From the sequence record NZ_CP123987.1: a DNA stretch of 64,000 nucleotides; one strand, given 5' to 3'. The stretch comes from a plasmid. Every line of letters begins with the position of its first letter. The stretch's first letter is position 1. A program made the position numbers and the translations under genes. The notes beneath the pieces were generated by a model that ran no database searches, had not been told where the DNA came from, and worked only from the letters and a program-made list of their open reading frames with translations. This document shows, piece by piece, positions 1 to 9,226 of the stretch.

Positions 1-11
1 GCTTAAATAAT

Positions 12-797
12 GTGGCTAATTTACAATTAGATAGCAATGGTGATTACCAAGTCTACACTAATAATAAAGACTTTAGTGTATCTGGAGAAGCTACTGATAA
101 TTTGGACGGATATTGTTTCTTCTTCAATGGAGATAATGATTATCGCGAATTCCACAATTCTGGTGTGAACTTTGTTACTGAAGCACATCAAGATGGAAGC
201 ACAGTAACTAATCCATATCCAGCATATAAGTTTAGCAAGACATTTAATTTAGCTGATACAACTGGCGAAACAACACACGTATATACATTGAGTGTAGTTG
301 ACTTGACAGGTAATACTGTAACTAGGAAGTTCTATGTTCACTATCAACCAGCTAGTGATACAGTTAAGACTGTAACAACTGATAAAGATGGTGCAACTAA
401 AGTACTAGTAGATTACAGTAACAATACATTGCAAGTAAAAGATAATACTGGTAGCTGGGTAAATGCTACTGGAGTCGAAGCTGCTAAGGATTATCGAGTA
501 GTTAATGAATACGGTAATGTAGTGTTGCTACTAAATGTTCTTGTAGATAAAGAACAAGACAATAATAAAGTACAAGTTAATGAAGTTACAAATAATAAAG
601 TAGAACAAACAGTAGTAACTAAGACTGTTTCAAATAAATCTGTAGCTAAAGTGGGCAAAAAAGCTGCAGAACCAGTAAAAGTATTACCACAAACTGGTGA
701 AAATAACAGTAAATCTACTTCTGTTCTAGGTGCAGTCTTAGCCTCAATCGCAGGATTCTTAGGTGCATTAGGCTTAAGACGTGTTAAAAAAGATTAA
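12..797 (+). CDS. LPXTG-anchored cell-surface protein, C-terminal part (5' end outside window)
   Basis: ORF starts at window edge; C-terminus has LPQTG sortase motif, hydrophobic segment and RRVKKD tail; T/V/N-rich surface-protein composition. Confidence 0.7.
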   Translation: MANLQLDSNGDYQVYTNNKDFSVSGEATDNLDGYCFFFNGDNDYREFHNSGVNFVTEAHQDGSTVTNPYPAYKFSKTFNLADTTGETTHVYTLSVVDLTGNTVTRKFYVHYQPASDTVKTVTTDKDGATKVLVDYSNNTLQVKDNTGSWVNATGVEAAKDYRVVNEYGNVVLLLNVLVDKEQDNNKVQVNEVTNNKVEQTVVTKTVSNKSVAKVGKKAAEPVKVLPQTGENNSKSTSVLGAVLASIAGFLGALGLRRVKKD

Positions 798-925
798 TAA
801 GTAATAACAAAGTGTCATTTGAGATATGAGTGAATCTCAATGGCACTTTTTTGGTTTGAGTTGAAATAATAGTTAATTGATATAAAAAGTGATATCATAA
901 TGATATCAAGAAAGAAGGTGGCGGA

Positions 926-1285
926 ATGACACAAGATGAGAAAATGACTTCGTTTTTGTTTAGATTATCAAAAGATTTGAAACAAAAATTAGAAAAAAGA
1001 GCACAGCTTGAAAATAAAAGTGTCAATGCAACTTTGCAAGAAATTGTATCGGTAACTTTAAAAGATCCACCTAAGCAAGTAGAACAGGGTTCACTTGAGC
1101 AAAGAAATTTTTTAGGTCACAAAGTAGCTGGTAAAGAAATTGATCAAATTAATGGATTAGTTAGTATTAAAGGTATTTATTATCGGTATTTGATTGAAGG
1201 AAATCAATCAGTAAATGAAAATATTGACTACATCGTAATTGAAGCAGTAGGCAATATAATAACTTTAAGACCGTTTACAACATAA
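926..1285 (+). CDS. hypothetical protein, possible ribbon-helix-helix N-terminus
   Basis: 119-aa ORF with start context GAAGGTGG-N5-ATG; no family recognised with confidence. Confidence 0.4.
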   Translation: MTQDEKMTSFLFRLSKDLKQKLEKRAQLENKSVNATLQEIVSVTLKDPPKQVEQGSLEQRNFLGHKVAGKEIDQINGLVSIKGIYYRYLIEGNQSVNENIDYIVIEAVGNIITLRPFTT

Positions 1286-1300
1286 AGAAGAGGTAATATC

Positions 1301-2113
1301 ATGTTAGGAATAAAAATTGTTCGACAAAATTGTCAAGGGTTAGTAGAAACGTTAGGAAAATATAGCCGAAGTGTTGAAGCTGGGTTACACTTTTATATTC
1401 CTTTTATTCAACGAATTCAATCAGTAGAATTAGCAATGCATCCATTAAGACTAGAAAAATATTCAGTAATAACTCAAGATAATGCGGAGATTGAAGCTAG
1501 TGTAACTTTAAATTATCATGTAACAGATGCAAAAAAGTATACTTATGAAAATACTGATTCAGTTGAGTCAATGGCACAATTAGTTAGAGGGCATTTACGT
1601 GATATCATTGGTCGAATGGATTTGAATGCAGCGTTAGGATCTACTTCAAAGATTAATGCTGAATTAGCTAGTGCAATTGGTGATTTGACCAATATCTATG
1701 GTATTAATGTGGATCGTGTTAATATTGATGAATTGACTCCTTCTGTTGAAATACAAAAAGCAATGGATAAACAATTGACAGCTGATAGGGAAAGAGTGGC
1801 AGTAATTGCGAAAGCTGAGGGTGAGGCTAGAAACATTAAATTAACAACAGATGCAAAGAATCAAGCATTAGTTGAGACTGCTCAAGCTGAAGCAGAAGCT
1901 ACAAAAAAACGTGCAGATGCTGAAAGTTACCGAATTAAAAAAATTCAGGAGGCACTGGAGTCAGTATCAGATAATTACTTTAAAGATCAGAGTATTGTAG
2001 CATTTACTAAGCTAGCTCAATCAGATACTAATTTAGTAGTTATGTCAAAAGAAGAAATTTCTGATTTAGGTAATATTCCTGTGATTGAAAAAATGTTAGA
2101 AATGAAAAAATAG
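1301..2113 (+). CDS. SPFH/band-7 (stomatin/prohibitin-like) domain protein
   Basis: 270 aa, coiled-coil A/E/K-rich C-terminal half and SPFH-like core; RBS GAAGAGG upstream. Confidence 0.7.
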   Translation: MLGIKIVRQNCQGLVETLGKYSRSVEAGLHFYIPFIQRIQSVELAMHPLRLEKYSVITQDNAEIEASVTLNYHVTDAKKYTYENTDSVESMAQLVRGHLRDIIGRMDLNAALGSTSKINAELASAIGDLTNIYGINVDRVNIDELTPSVEIQKAMDKQLTADRERVAVIAKAEGEARNIKLTTDAKNQALVETAQAEAEATKKRADAESYRIKKIQEALESVSDNYFKDQSIVAFTKLAQSDTNLVVMSKEEISDLGNIPVIEKMLEMKK

Positions 2114-2166
2114 TATAATTCACCATGGTATAGATGAGATTGGATTATATAAGGAAGGTAAAGAGT

Positions 2167-2502
2167 ATGGCGAAAAATGATTATTATGTGATTGTATATC
2201 GGGTTTTAATGTATTTGTATAATTGTTTAAGACAAGATGAGGTAGTCGATATGCAAAAACTAACACCTGAATACCTTCATATTAATTAAAGATACTTTGA
2301 GTATATTTTTGATACTTTAAATGATGAAGGATTAATTCTTAATAAAGCACATTACGAAGATATGCTTGGAAAACATTTAGAATCTGATATTATGATCAGT
2401 CCTAAAGGAATTTCATTTTTACATGAAAATAGCACTATTGATAAAGTCAAGAAGTCAGTTAAGGGAATTGCTGTTATTATTAGTGATATTCCTGGATTAT
2501 AA
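2167..2502 (+). pseudogene. small hypothetical gene (about 111 codons) interrupted by in-frame TAA at 2287-2289
   Basis: ATG at 2167 reads 40 codons to TAA; the same frame continues for a further 70 sense codons to TAA at 2500-2502; coding-like composition throughout. Confidence 0.35.
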
Positions 2503-2651
2503 TATATCAACCTGAGCAAGTCGATAGTATGCTCTTTTTATGAACGAGAAAAACGATGAGATCAATAGTATAGTTGATTTTAAAAAGACTAGAAAATTAT
2601 TATAATCTTAAGGCAATATATTTGATAAAATGTTAAAAGTTAAATAAAATA

Positions 2652-3383
2652 ATGTTGTACATAACTCTATGGAAAGAAGATGATATCATGGCAGAAGAAT
2701 TACCAAGCTACAAGACAGAATTAATTTCAATCGAAAATTTGGAAAAAGACTACTATGAAATAAAGATTAAAAAACCTAATGATATGAATTGGGTGGCAGG
2801 TCAATACATGAGACTAGGCTTACCTACTAAAGAAATTACAGAAAAGAAAAAGTTACGTGCATTATCATTTGCTTCCTTACCTGAAGATGATGTAATCTTG
2901 CTAGGTACAAGAACAGGTAAAGAAATCAGTAACTTTAAACAAAATCTTTTAACTGTACAACCAGGTGAAGAAGTAGAAGTTAAGGGTCCATTGGGCCAAT
3001 TTACACTTCCTGAAGACGGAAATCAAACTTTAGTATTTTTTGCTGGTGGGGTAGGTGTTACACCTATTAGAGCATTACTTGAAAAACTAGCTAAAGATAA
3101 GAGTGAACGTACGATTAAATTTGTATATTCATCTTTGGATTATTATTTCTACAAGGAAGACTTTGCTGAATTTAAGAAATCATTACCAAATGCAGAATTT
3201 ATTTTTGTTCGCGATGAAAATGATGTAGATAGAGAATTAACAAAGTTGACAAGCGAACTAGCTAATGATGCGTTATATTATGTATCTTCTTCAGAAAAGA
3301 TTGTAGAAGCTGTAAGTCAATCGTTACAAGATAAGGGAATTGATGCTGAAAACATTAAGCACGATATCTTATACGGATACTAA
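2652..3383 (+). CDS. FAD/NAD(P)-binding oxidoreductase (flavin reductase / ferredoxin-NADP reductase-like fold)
   Basis: 243 aa; FAD-binding RxxS-like segment (RALSFAS) then GGVGVTP NAD(P)-binding glycine motif. Confidence 0.55.
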   Translation: MLYITLWKEDDIMAEELPSYKTELISIENLEKDYYEIKIKKPNDMNWVAGQYMRLGLPTKEITEKKKLRALSFASLPEDDVILLGTRTGKEISNFKQNLLTVQPGEEVEVKGPLGQFTLPEDGNQTLVFFAGGVGVTPIRALLEKLAKDKSERTIKFVYSSLDYYFYKEDFAEFKKSLPNAEFIFVRDENDVDRELTKLTSELANDALYYVSSSEKIVEAVSQSLQDKGIDAENIKHDILYGY

Positions 3384-3400
3384 AATTATATAGATACGCA

Positions 3401-3441
3401 AAAATCTCTAAATATACAATGTGTATACTTAGAGATTTTTT
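3401..3441 (+). terminator. rho-independent terminator after oxidoreductase gene
   Basis: perfect 11-bp inverted repeat aaaatctctaa/ttagagatttt around a 17-nt loop, followed by T-run. Confidence 0.6.
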
Positions 3442-3540
3442 CTATATTTTTTTAGAAATTGGTAATTTAATGACAATTTGGCGGAAATCTCCTTACTTTA
3501 GTGAGGGGATGGATAGCCTAAGCCTAGGACTCGTAGAGTC

Positions 3541-3972
3541 CTATTTTTTATATGCATTATATTTTTGGTCGTTAATATATCTCTCAACAACATCTTTACT
3601 CATGCTACCTAGAGAGCCTAGATAATAGCTAGAAGACCATAAATGACCGCCCCAATATTGTTTTTGTCTAATTTCTGGATGTGTTTGTAAGAATAGGAAT
3701 GCACTTCTGCCTTTTAGTGCTTTGATTACGTCTATTGCTGATTTTCTTGGTGGAAATGAAATAAGCATATGTACATGGTCTGGCATTACTTCCATTTTTT
3801 CAATGACTATTTCATTGTCGTCAGCTACTCTTTGTAGAATATCTTTCATTTCGTTAGATAACTTTTCATTTGTAAAAGTCTTATTTCTGTATTTTGTACA
3901 CCAAATTAAGTGAAAATGTAAATTATACACATAACGTTTTGTGTATATTGCGTCTTTTATTTTATTAGTCAT
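3541..3972 (-). CDS. tnpA: IS200/IS605 family transposase TnpA (Y1 HUH)
   Basis: 143 aa with HVHMLISFPP (HuH) motif and conserved Tyr-containing C-terminus typical of IS200 TnpA. Confidence 0.85.
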   Translation of the reverse strand: MTNKIKDAIYTKRYVYNLHFHLIWCTKYRNKTFTNEKLSNEMKDILQRVADDNEIVIEKMEVMPDHVHMLISFPPRKSAIDVIKALKGRSAFLFLQTHPEIRQKQYWGGHLWSSSYYLGSLGSMSKDVVERYINDQKYNAYKK

Positions 3973-4071
3973 TGTATAGTCTCCTTTACCTTATAAAATT
4001 AACGATTTCTCTTGATACAAGCTAATACATTGATTATAATTATAGTATAAACTTAAAGGAGGTGAAATACA

Positions 4072-5349
4072 ATGAAGAAGATGAGTGATTTAGAGTATCA
4101 TTATGGATTGAAAATGCGTATTTATCCAAGCACTAACCAAAAGAAGATTATTAAAATCAATGGTAACATTGCTAGAACTGTTTATAATAAAATGGTTGCT
4201 ATTGACCAAGAATTATACAAGTTAAAACAAGTTAAGTTACCTATTGATATTGTTAAGGAACGTATTAAAGAATTAAAAAGTCGTAAAAACGCTAGAAATT
4301 TGTCTAATCATTATCAGTACATGCAAGATAAGAATATTGATAGTTTAGCTAAAGCTAACGCTATTCAAAATTATCAAAAAGCGTGGAAGATGTTTAGAAA
4401 AGTACATTTATCTGGTACACCTAAGTTCCATAAAAAGAGTTACCGTTTGAGTTATCAAACTAATGCTCAATATGGTAAAGATGCTAAAATGGACGTTTAT
4501 TCTGCTAGCGTAAAATTTCTTGATAAGAATCATATTAGTTTGCCTAAATTAGGTAGATTAAGAGTATCTGGTTCTCACCGTCGTATTATTGACAATAAAG
4601 ATGATATTAGAATCGGTACTGTTACTATCTCTAAAGATACAGCTGATAGATATTTCGTATCAATGCAATTAGGCTCTGATACACCATTTGTAAAGAAATT
4701 AGCTAAAACTAATTCTCAAGTTGGTGTTGATTTGAATACAGAGAATTTTTTGACCGATAGTTTTGGTAAAGTGGTAGCTAATCCGCGTTATTACCGTACT
4801 ATTAAAGGTAAAATAGCTAAAGCTCAAAAAGTATTATCTAGAAGGCAAAGAAGAGCTAAAAAAGAAAAACGTTCTTTACGTGATAGTAAAAATTATCAAA
4901 AACAAAGAGTTTTAGTAGCTAAGCTCCATGACAGAGTGCGCAATCAACGTAATAACTTTTTGAATCATGTTACTACTGCACTTATCAATAACCACGATTT
5001 GGTGGTAGTAGAAAATTTGAGAAGTAAAAATATGCTCAAGAATCATGCTTTAGCTATGTCTATATCCGATGTTGGCTGGAGAAGCTTTTTACAGAAATTG
5101 GATTATAAAGCTAATTTGTATAACAGAACAGTTATATCAGTTAATCCTAAAAATACAACACAGACTTGTTATGCTTGTGGCTTTATAATGGGAACAAATG
5201 GAACTGATAAGTTGAATCTCAAGGATAGAGAATGGACTTGTCCTAATTGTCATGAACACCATATTAGAGATTGGAATGCAGCTAAAAATATTCTAGCTAA
5301 AGGATTAGACAAGTTAGAAAAACCAAAAAACTTAGCTAAAGCTAAGTAA
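4072..5349 (+). CDS. tnpB: IS605/IS1341-type TnpB (OrfB) RNA-guided nuclease-like protein
   Basis: 425 aa; RuvC-like core with C-terminal zinc finger CYACG..CPNCHEHHIRDWNAAKNI. Confidence 0.85.
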   Translation: MKKMSDLEYHYGLKMRIYPSTNQKKIIKINGNIARTVYNKMVAIDQELYKLKQVKLPIDIVKERIKELKSRKNARNLSNHYQYMQDKNIDSLAKANAIQNYQKAWKMFRKVHLSGTPKFHKKSYRLSYQTNAQYGKDAKMDVYSASVKFLDKNHISLPKLGRLRVSGSHRRIIDNKDDIRIGTVTISKDTADRYFVSMQLGSDTPFVKKLAKTNSQVGVDLNTENFLTDSFGKVVANPRYYRTIKGKIAKAQKVLSRRQRRAKKEKRSLRDSKNYQKQRVLVAKLHDRVRNQRNNFLNHVTTALINNHDLVVVENLRSKNMLKNHALAMSISDVGWRSFLQKLDYKANLYNRTVISVNPKNTTQTCYACGFIMGTNGTDKLNLKDREWTCPNCHEHHIRDWNAAKNILAKGLDKLEKPKNLAKAK

Positions 5350-5560
5350 AGGGTGCGTTTGGCAGCTCGCGCCACCCGTATATTATTGTATACAAAGTGC
5401 TGTGGTAAATTGATGTGTAAGATGTAAGTATCTTTTTTTGGATATTTATGCTGTATTTTACCCACGGAAGAGTGTGTTAGTAGAGCCGAAAGGCTTGAAC
5501 ACTCACAAGCTCCATGTCTTTAGACTGGAGTGAGTTGACTAGAGAAGCCTGGCGTCTATT
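5250..5560 (+). ncRNA. candidate omega-RNA (right-end guide RNA scaffold of TnpB); boundaries guessed
   Basis: structured GC-richer segment overlapping the tnpB 3' end and extending to the putative right end; stems gggtgcg..cgccaccc and gagtgtgttagtagagccgaaaggcttgaacactc. Confidence 0.3.
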
Positions 5561-5689
5561 AAGAAATACTTTTCTTGATGAGCGTCAATTTTTTTAACGG
5601 AAATCTATCCTATACTAAATTCAGTAAAGAAAAAGGAGGAATCAAAGAAAGCTATTTTAAACAAACCAAAATTATAGGAGGAATAAATC

Positions 5690-6262
5690 ATGACTGAAAA
5701 TAAAGCTACTCAAGAAAGAACACCCCAAGAAAGATTGCAAGAAGAACAAGAACACAAGGAACATGTTCATCATACGAAAATTAATGCAGCGGCCATTGCA
5801 GATCATCTTTTAGGCAACATGCATACATTACATGTGAAACTGCACCAATATCACTGGTATGTAAAAGGAGCCAATTTCTTTACGTTGCATGAAAAATTTG
5901 AAGAGTTGTATAACGAAAATGAAAAATGGTTCGACAAACTTGCGGAGCGTCTAATTACTTCTGGGCATAAACCTGCTTCGACAACGGTTGAATTTGAAAA
6001 ATATTCGATACTTTCGGAAGATGCAGTTAATAAATACTCTAAAGCAGAAGACATGGTTGAAAATATTATCGAGGACTTCAGAAGCACTCGTGACCTAACT
6101 ATTCGCGCGATTCGTTTAGCTCAAGACGAGGGTGACGATGCTTTAGAAGATACATTGATTGCTTTTAAAAATGACTTAGACAAGAACATTTGGATGCTGC
6201 AAGCGTTCATTGGTAAAGAAGCATTAGAAGATGATGACGCTCTTGATGAGGATGGAGATTAA
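5690..6262 (+). CDS. dps: Dps family DNA-protection/ferritin-like protein
   Basis: 190 aa; HWYVKGANFFTLHEKFEELY ferroxidase-centre motif typical of Dps; acidic C-terminal tail. Confidence 0.85.
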   Translation: MTENKATQERTPQERLQEEQEHKEHVHHTKINAAAIADHLLGNMHTLHVKLHQYHWYVKGANFFTLHEKFEELYNENEKWFDKLAERLITSGHKPASTTVEFEKYSILSEDAVNKYSKAEDMVENIIEDFRSTRDLTIRAIRLAQDEGDDALEDTLIAFKNDLDKNIWMLQAFIGKEALEDDDALDEDGD

Positions 6263-6406
6263 GGTAAAAGTAGAAGCTGATTTAGGGATTGGAATTCTTT
6301 CCAGTCCTTTTTCCATTTTCTTGATGTGCATCAATTTTTTTGTAGTAAGAGACTTATATAATAAAAGCAGCGAATATAAACAAAATAAATAAAGGGGGAG
6401 AATGAA

Positions 6407-7110
6407 TTGACTAAACATACCCATCATGAAATTGGCGACCACGCAGCCTGTATCCGCTTGGTTCCAATATTCAATCACTTAGAGGATAGCGCGATGAATT
6501 ACATTGCTGAAAAAGCCCACACGAAACAGTATCAAAAAGGAGAGTTTCTGTTTCGTTCACAAGAAAAAGAGGATACTTTATATATTATCAATCGTGGGAA
6601 AATCCGTATTTATCGATTGGCAGACTCTGGCAAAGAGCAGCTAGTGCGGATCTTGAACCCTGGTGATTTCACCGGAGAATGGACCTTGTTCAACCCGGAT
6701 GCAGTACACGAGGAATATGCCGAAGCAATCCGAGATACCGTTGTCTGTACAATTCAGCGAAAAGATGTCCAAGATTTTTTGGAACAATACCCAGCTATTT
6801 CTTTAAAACTATTGGCGGAAATGTCTAAACGGTTAGAAAGTTCAGAACGTCAAACGACACAAGTAGCCTTGGAGAGTGTCATTACCCGTTTAGTTTTGTT
6901 TTTGGCAGAAAATGTGGAACCTGAAATGGGCAACTCTCCCACCATCACCCTGCCGATGGGAAAAAAGACATTGCTTCCTATTTAGGAACGACACCTGAGA
7001 CCATCAGTCGCAAATTTGGAGAATTGGAGGACGAGGGATTGATTCAACAGCTGTCTGGGAAAAGGATCAAGATTCTGGATTTAGATGATTTATTGCTTTA
7101 CAGCGAATAA
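6407..7110 (+). pseudogene. Crp/Fnr-family (FNR-like protein) regulator with -1 frameshift in an A6 run at 6961-6966
   Basis: cNMP-binding domain ORF stops at 6985; the HTH part (DIASYLGTTPETISRKFGELEDEGLIQQLSGKRIKIL) is encoded in the other frame through to TAA at 7108-7110; one extra A would restore the frame. Confidence 0.7.
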
Positions 7111-7261
7111 TCGGACACACTTTTTTCTACACGTTGGTGTTCTGTTGCTCTTCATTAACAACGGAACAGAACTCAGTGCTTTTGCTTCCATCTGTCCGTT
7201 TTTAGCTTTTTTAAGACAGAACGACCTTCATTCATTGGGAAAATAAAAGCACAAACATGAT

Positions 7262-7743
7262 ATGGAGTGACCCCTGTCAAGTAGACAATTAAATATGTAA
7301 AATTTTATGCGGCCTGATTTCGGCATTCTGCTGGAGTCAGGCTTTTTAGTTTCCATTGATAACGCTCATTGTTGTAATAATTAATATATCCAGCGATCCC
7401 GGACACTAATTCTTCATAAGTTATAAAAGTATGATCATAGTAGTACTCATCTTTAAAATGACTCCAGAAACTTTCCATTGGTGCGTTATCAATACAGCGT
7501 CCGACTCGTGACATACTACGTGTAATTCCTGCTTTTGAAACTTCACGAACATATTCTTTTGATGTATATTGAAAGCTACGATCACTGTGTAAAATTAGAG
7601 TTACTCCTGGATTAGCTTCAATAGCTGCCTTAATTGTTTTCATAACTAAAGGATTGTCGTTAGTTTTACTTACCACCCAACTTATAATCTCTCCAGTATA
7701 AAGATCCTTTACAGCACTCAAGTAGGCCTTATATTCATGATTT
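7262..7743 (-). mobile_element. IS3-family element remnant (orfB C-terminal fragment, 7305..7721) truncated by the adjacent IS6
   Basis: 138-aa ORF with DDE-integrase C-terminal motifs (HSDRSFQYTS, MESFWSHFK); no orfA or N-terminal part; possible terminal sequence tgacccctgtcaag near 7268. Confidence 0.65.
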
Positions 7744-8547
7744 GGTTCTGTTGCAAAGTTTTAAATAAAGAATAAAATCCCTTACGGTATCTATGATTTA
7801 AGCTGGGATTCTCAATAATACCTTGATTTCAGTACAGACCGAAAACCCGAAGAGAGTGCCTTCTTTTTGGGTTTTCTTATATAATCCTCGGATGGCTTCC
7901 ATGCCTTTAATCGTGGTAGAGGCAGTGCGTAAACTTCGATAGAATTTATTGCGTCTCTTTACTGGACGATGGTCTTGTTCAATCAAATTATTCAGGTATT
8001 TAATGGTACGATGTTCTGTCCCTTGATAAAAGCCGTATTCTTTTAGTTTCTTAAAGACACTTGTAATAGAGGGGCTTTATCTGTGATTACAACCTTCGGT
8101 TCATCAAACTGCTTCACTAACCGCTTAAGAAAAGCATAGGCTGCTTGTGTGTCCCGTTTTTTACGTAACCAAATATCCAAGGTTAAACCATCTGCATCGA
8201 TGGCTCGATACAAATAATGCCATTTTCCTTTAATTTTGATGTACGTTTCATCTATTTTCCATGAATAAAAGGATTTTTTATTTTTCTTTTTCCAAATTTG
8301 ATAGAGTAGTTTGCCATATTCTTGCACCCAACGATAAATCGTCGTATGAGAAATGTTAATGCCACGATCATATAAGATTGAACTTCACGATAGCTAAGGT
8401 TATAACGAAGATAGTAGCCCACGGCTACAATAATCACGTCCTGCTGAAATTGCTTTCCTTTAAAATGATTCATCGCCATTCCTCCTGCTATCTTTTTCTA
8501 TTATTCTACCTTATTTGATAGTAGATTTAAAACTTTGCAACAGAACC
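7744..8547 (-). mobile_element. IS6-family IS (IS1216/ISS1-like), 804 bp, transposase gene decayed
   Basis: 18-bp terminal inverted repeats ggttctgttgcaaagttt (7744-7761) and aaactttgcaacagaacc (8530-8547); internal ORF fragments jointly match an IS1216-type transposase but in three frames. Confidence 0.8.
7798..8479 (-). pseudogene. IS6-family transposase, multiply frameshifted
   Basis: ORFs 8252..8479, 8043..8327 and 7798..7986 give MNHFKGKQFQQDVIIVAVGYY..., ...KGKWHYLYRAIDADGLTLDIWLRKKRDTQAAY... and ...IEQDHRPVKRRNKFY... in different frames. Confidence 0.75.
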
Positions 8548-8689
8548 AAAAGAAGTGCAAAACTTGATATGCGTCAATTTTCGTCTGCTAAAAGTGAGCT
8601 ATACTACAGTTGTAAAGAGGAAAAGGAAGTGTTCATTAATCTGCAATCTGCTGCGGATAAAATAAAAACACATAAAGGAGATAGGAATT

Positions 8690-8923
8690 ATGGAAAAAGC
8701 TATATTGCAATTAGAAACGTTGTCTTGTCCAAGTTGTATGCAAAAAATTGAAGGTGCCTTGAAATCAGTTAACGGTATTGATAAAGACAGCATTAAAGTA
8801 TTATTCAACTCTAGCAAAGTCAAAATCAATTTTGATTCAGCTGTCACTTCGATTGAAGAGATTCAAAAAGCTATTGAAAACGTAGGCTATCCGGTCCTCA
8901 AAGCAAAAGTCAAGGCCGCTTAA
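8690..8923 (+). CDS. copZ: heavy-metal-associated (HMA) domain metallochaperone, CopZ-like
   Basis: 77 aa with CPSC metal-binding motif in a ferredoxin-like HMA fold. Confidence 0.75.
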   Translation: MEKAILQLETLSCPSCMQKIEGALKSVNGIDKDSIKVLFNSSKVKINFDSAVTSIEEIQKAIENVGYPVLKAKVKAA

Positions 8924-9226
8924 CAGATTAAATAAACTAGGCAATTCTGGAAGAAAAGCTATTTTTCCGGGATTGCTTTTTTGTTGCAATCCGATTCGAG
9001 GTGCTTAGAAACGATAAAAGAGAACTTTCTAAACTTGATAGCCATAAATTTTTATTCGATAAAAAGAGGGTATCGTTATAACTGTAAAGAGGAATAAGTG
9101 TCATTGAGGCTGTTAGATAAAAAAATAGTGAGAAGGGACACGTATTTTTTCAAAACTTGATGTCAGTCAATTAATTACTTAGGCAATTATCTTATACTGT
9201 ATTTATTAATAAAAGAGAAATTAAAT

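Larger units (their letters stand above)
3442..5560. mobile_element. IS200/IS605-family insertion sequence (IS605-like divergent tnpA/tnpB); ends approximate
   Basis: Y1 HUH transposase and TnpB encoded divergently; subterminal palindromes (aggactcgtagagtcct near 3523; gggtg..caccc and gagtgtg..cacactc near 5351-5515). Confidence 0.6.

Noticed and set aside
3419-3913. Plus-strand ORFs 3419..3625 and 3722..3913
   Set aside because: Antisense to tnpA, or within the IS left end; no coding signal
5250-6478. Minus-strand ORFs 5250..5465, 5851..6087, 6224..6478
   Set aside because: Overlap the tnpB 3' end/right end, the dps CDS or its promoter region; antisense artefacts
8515-8847. ORFs 8515..8751 (+) and 8599..8847 (-) between the IS6 end and copZ
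   Set aside because: Span the IS6 inverted repeat / promoter region and overlap the better-supported HMA gene; no homology signal
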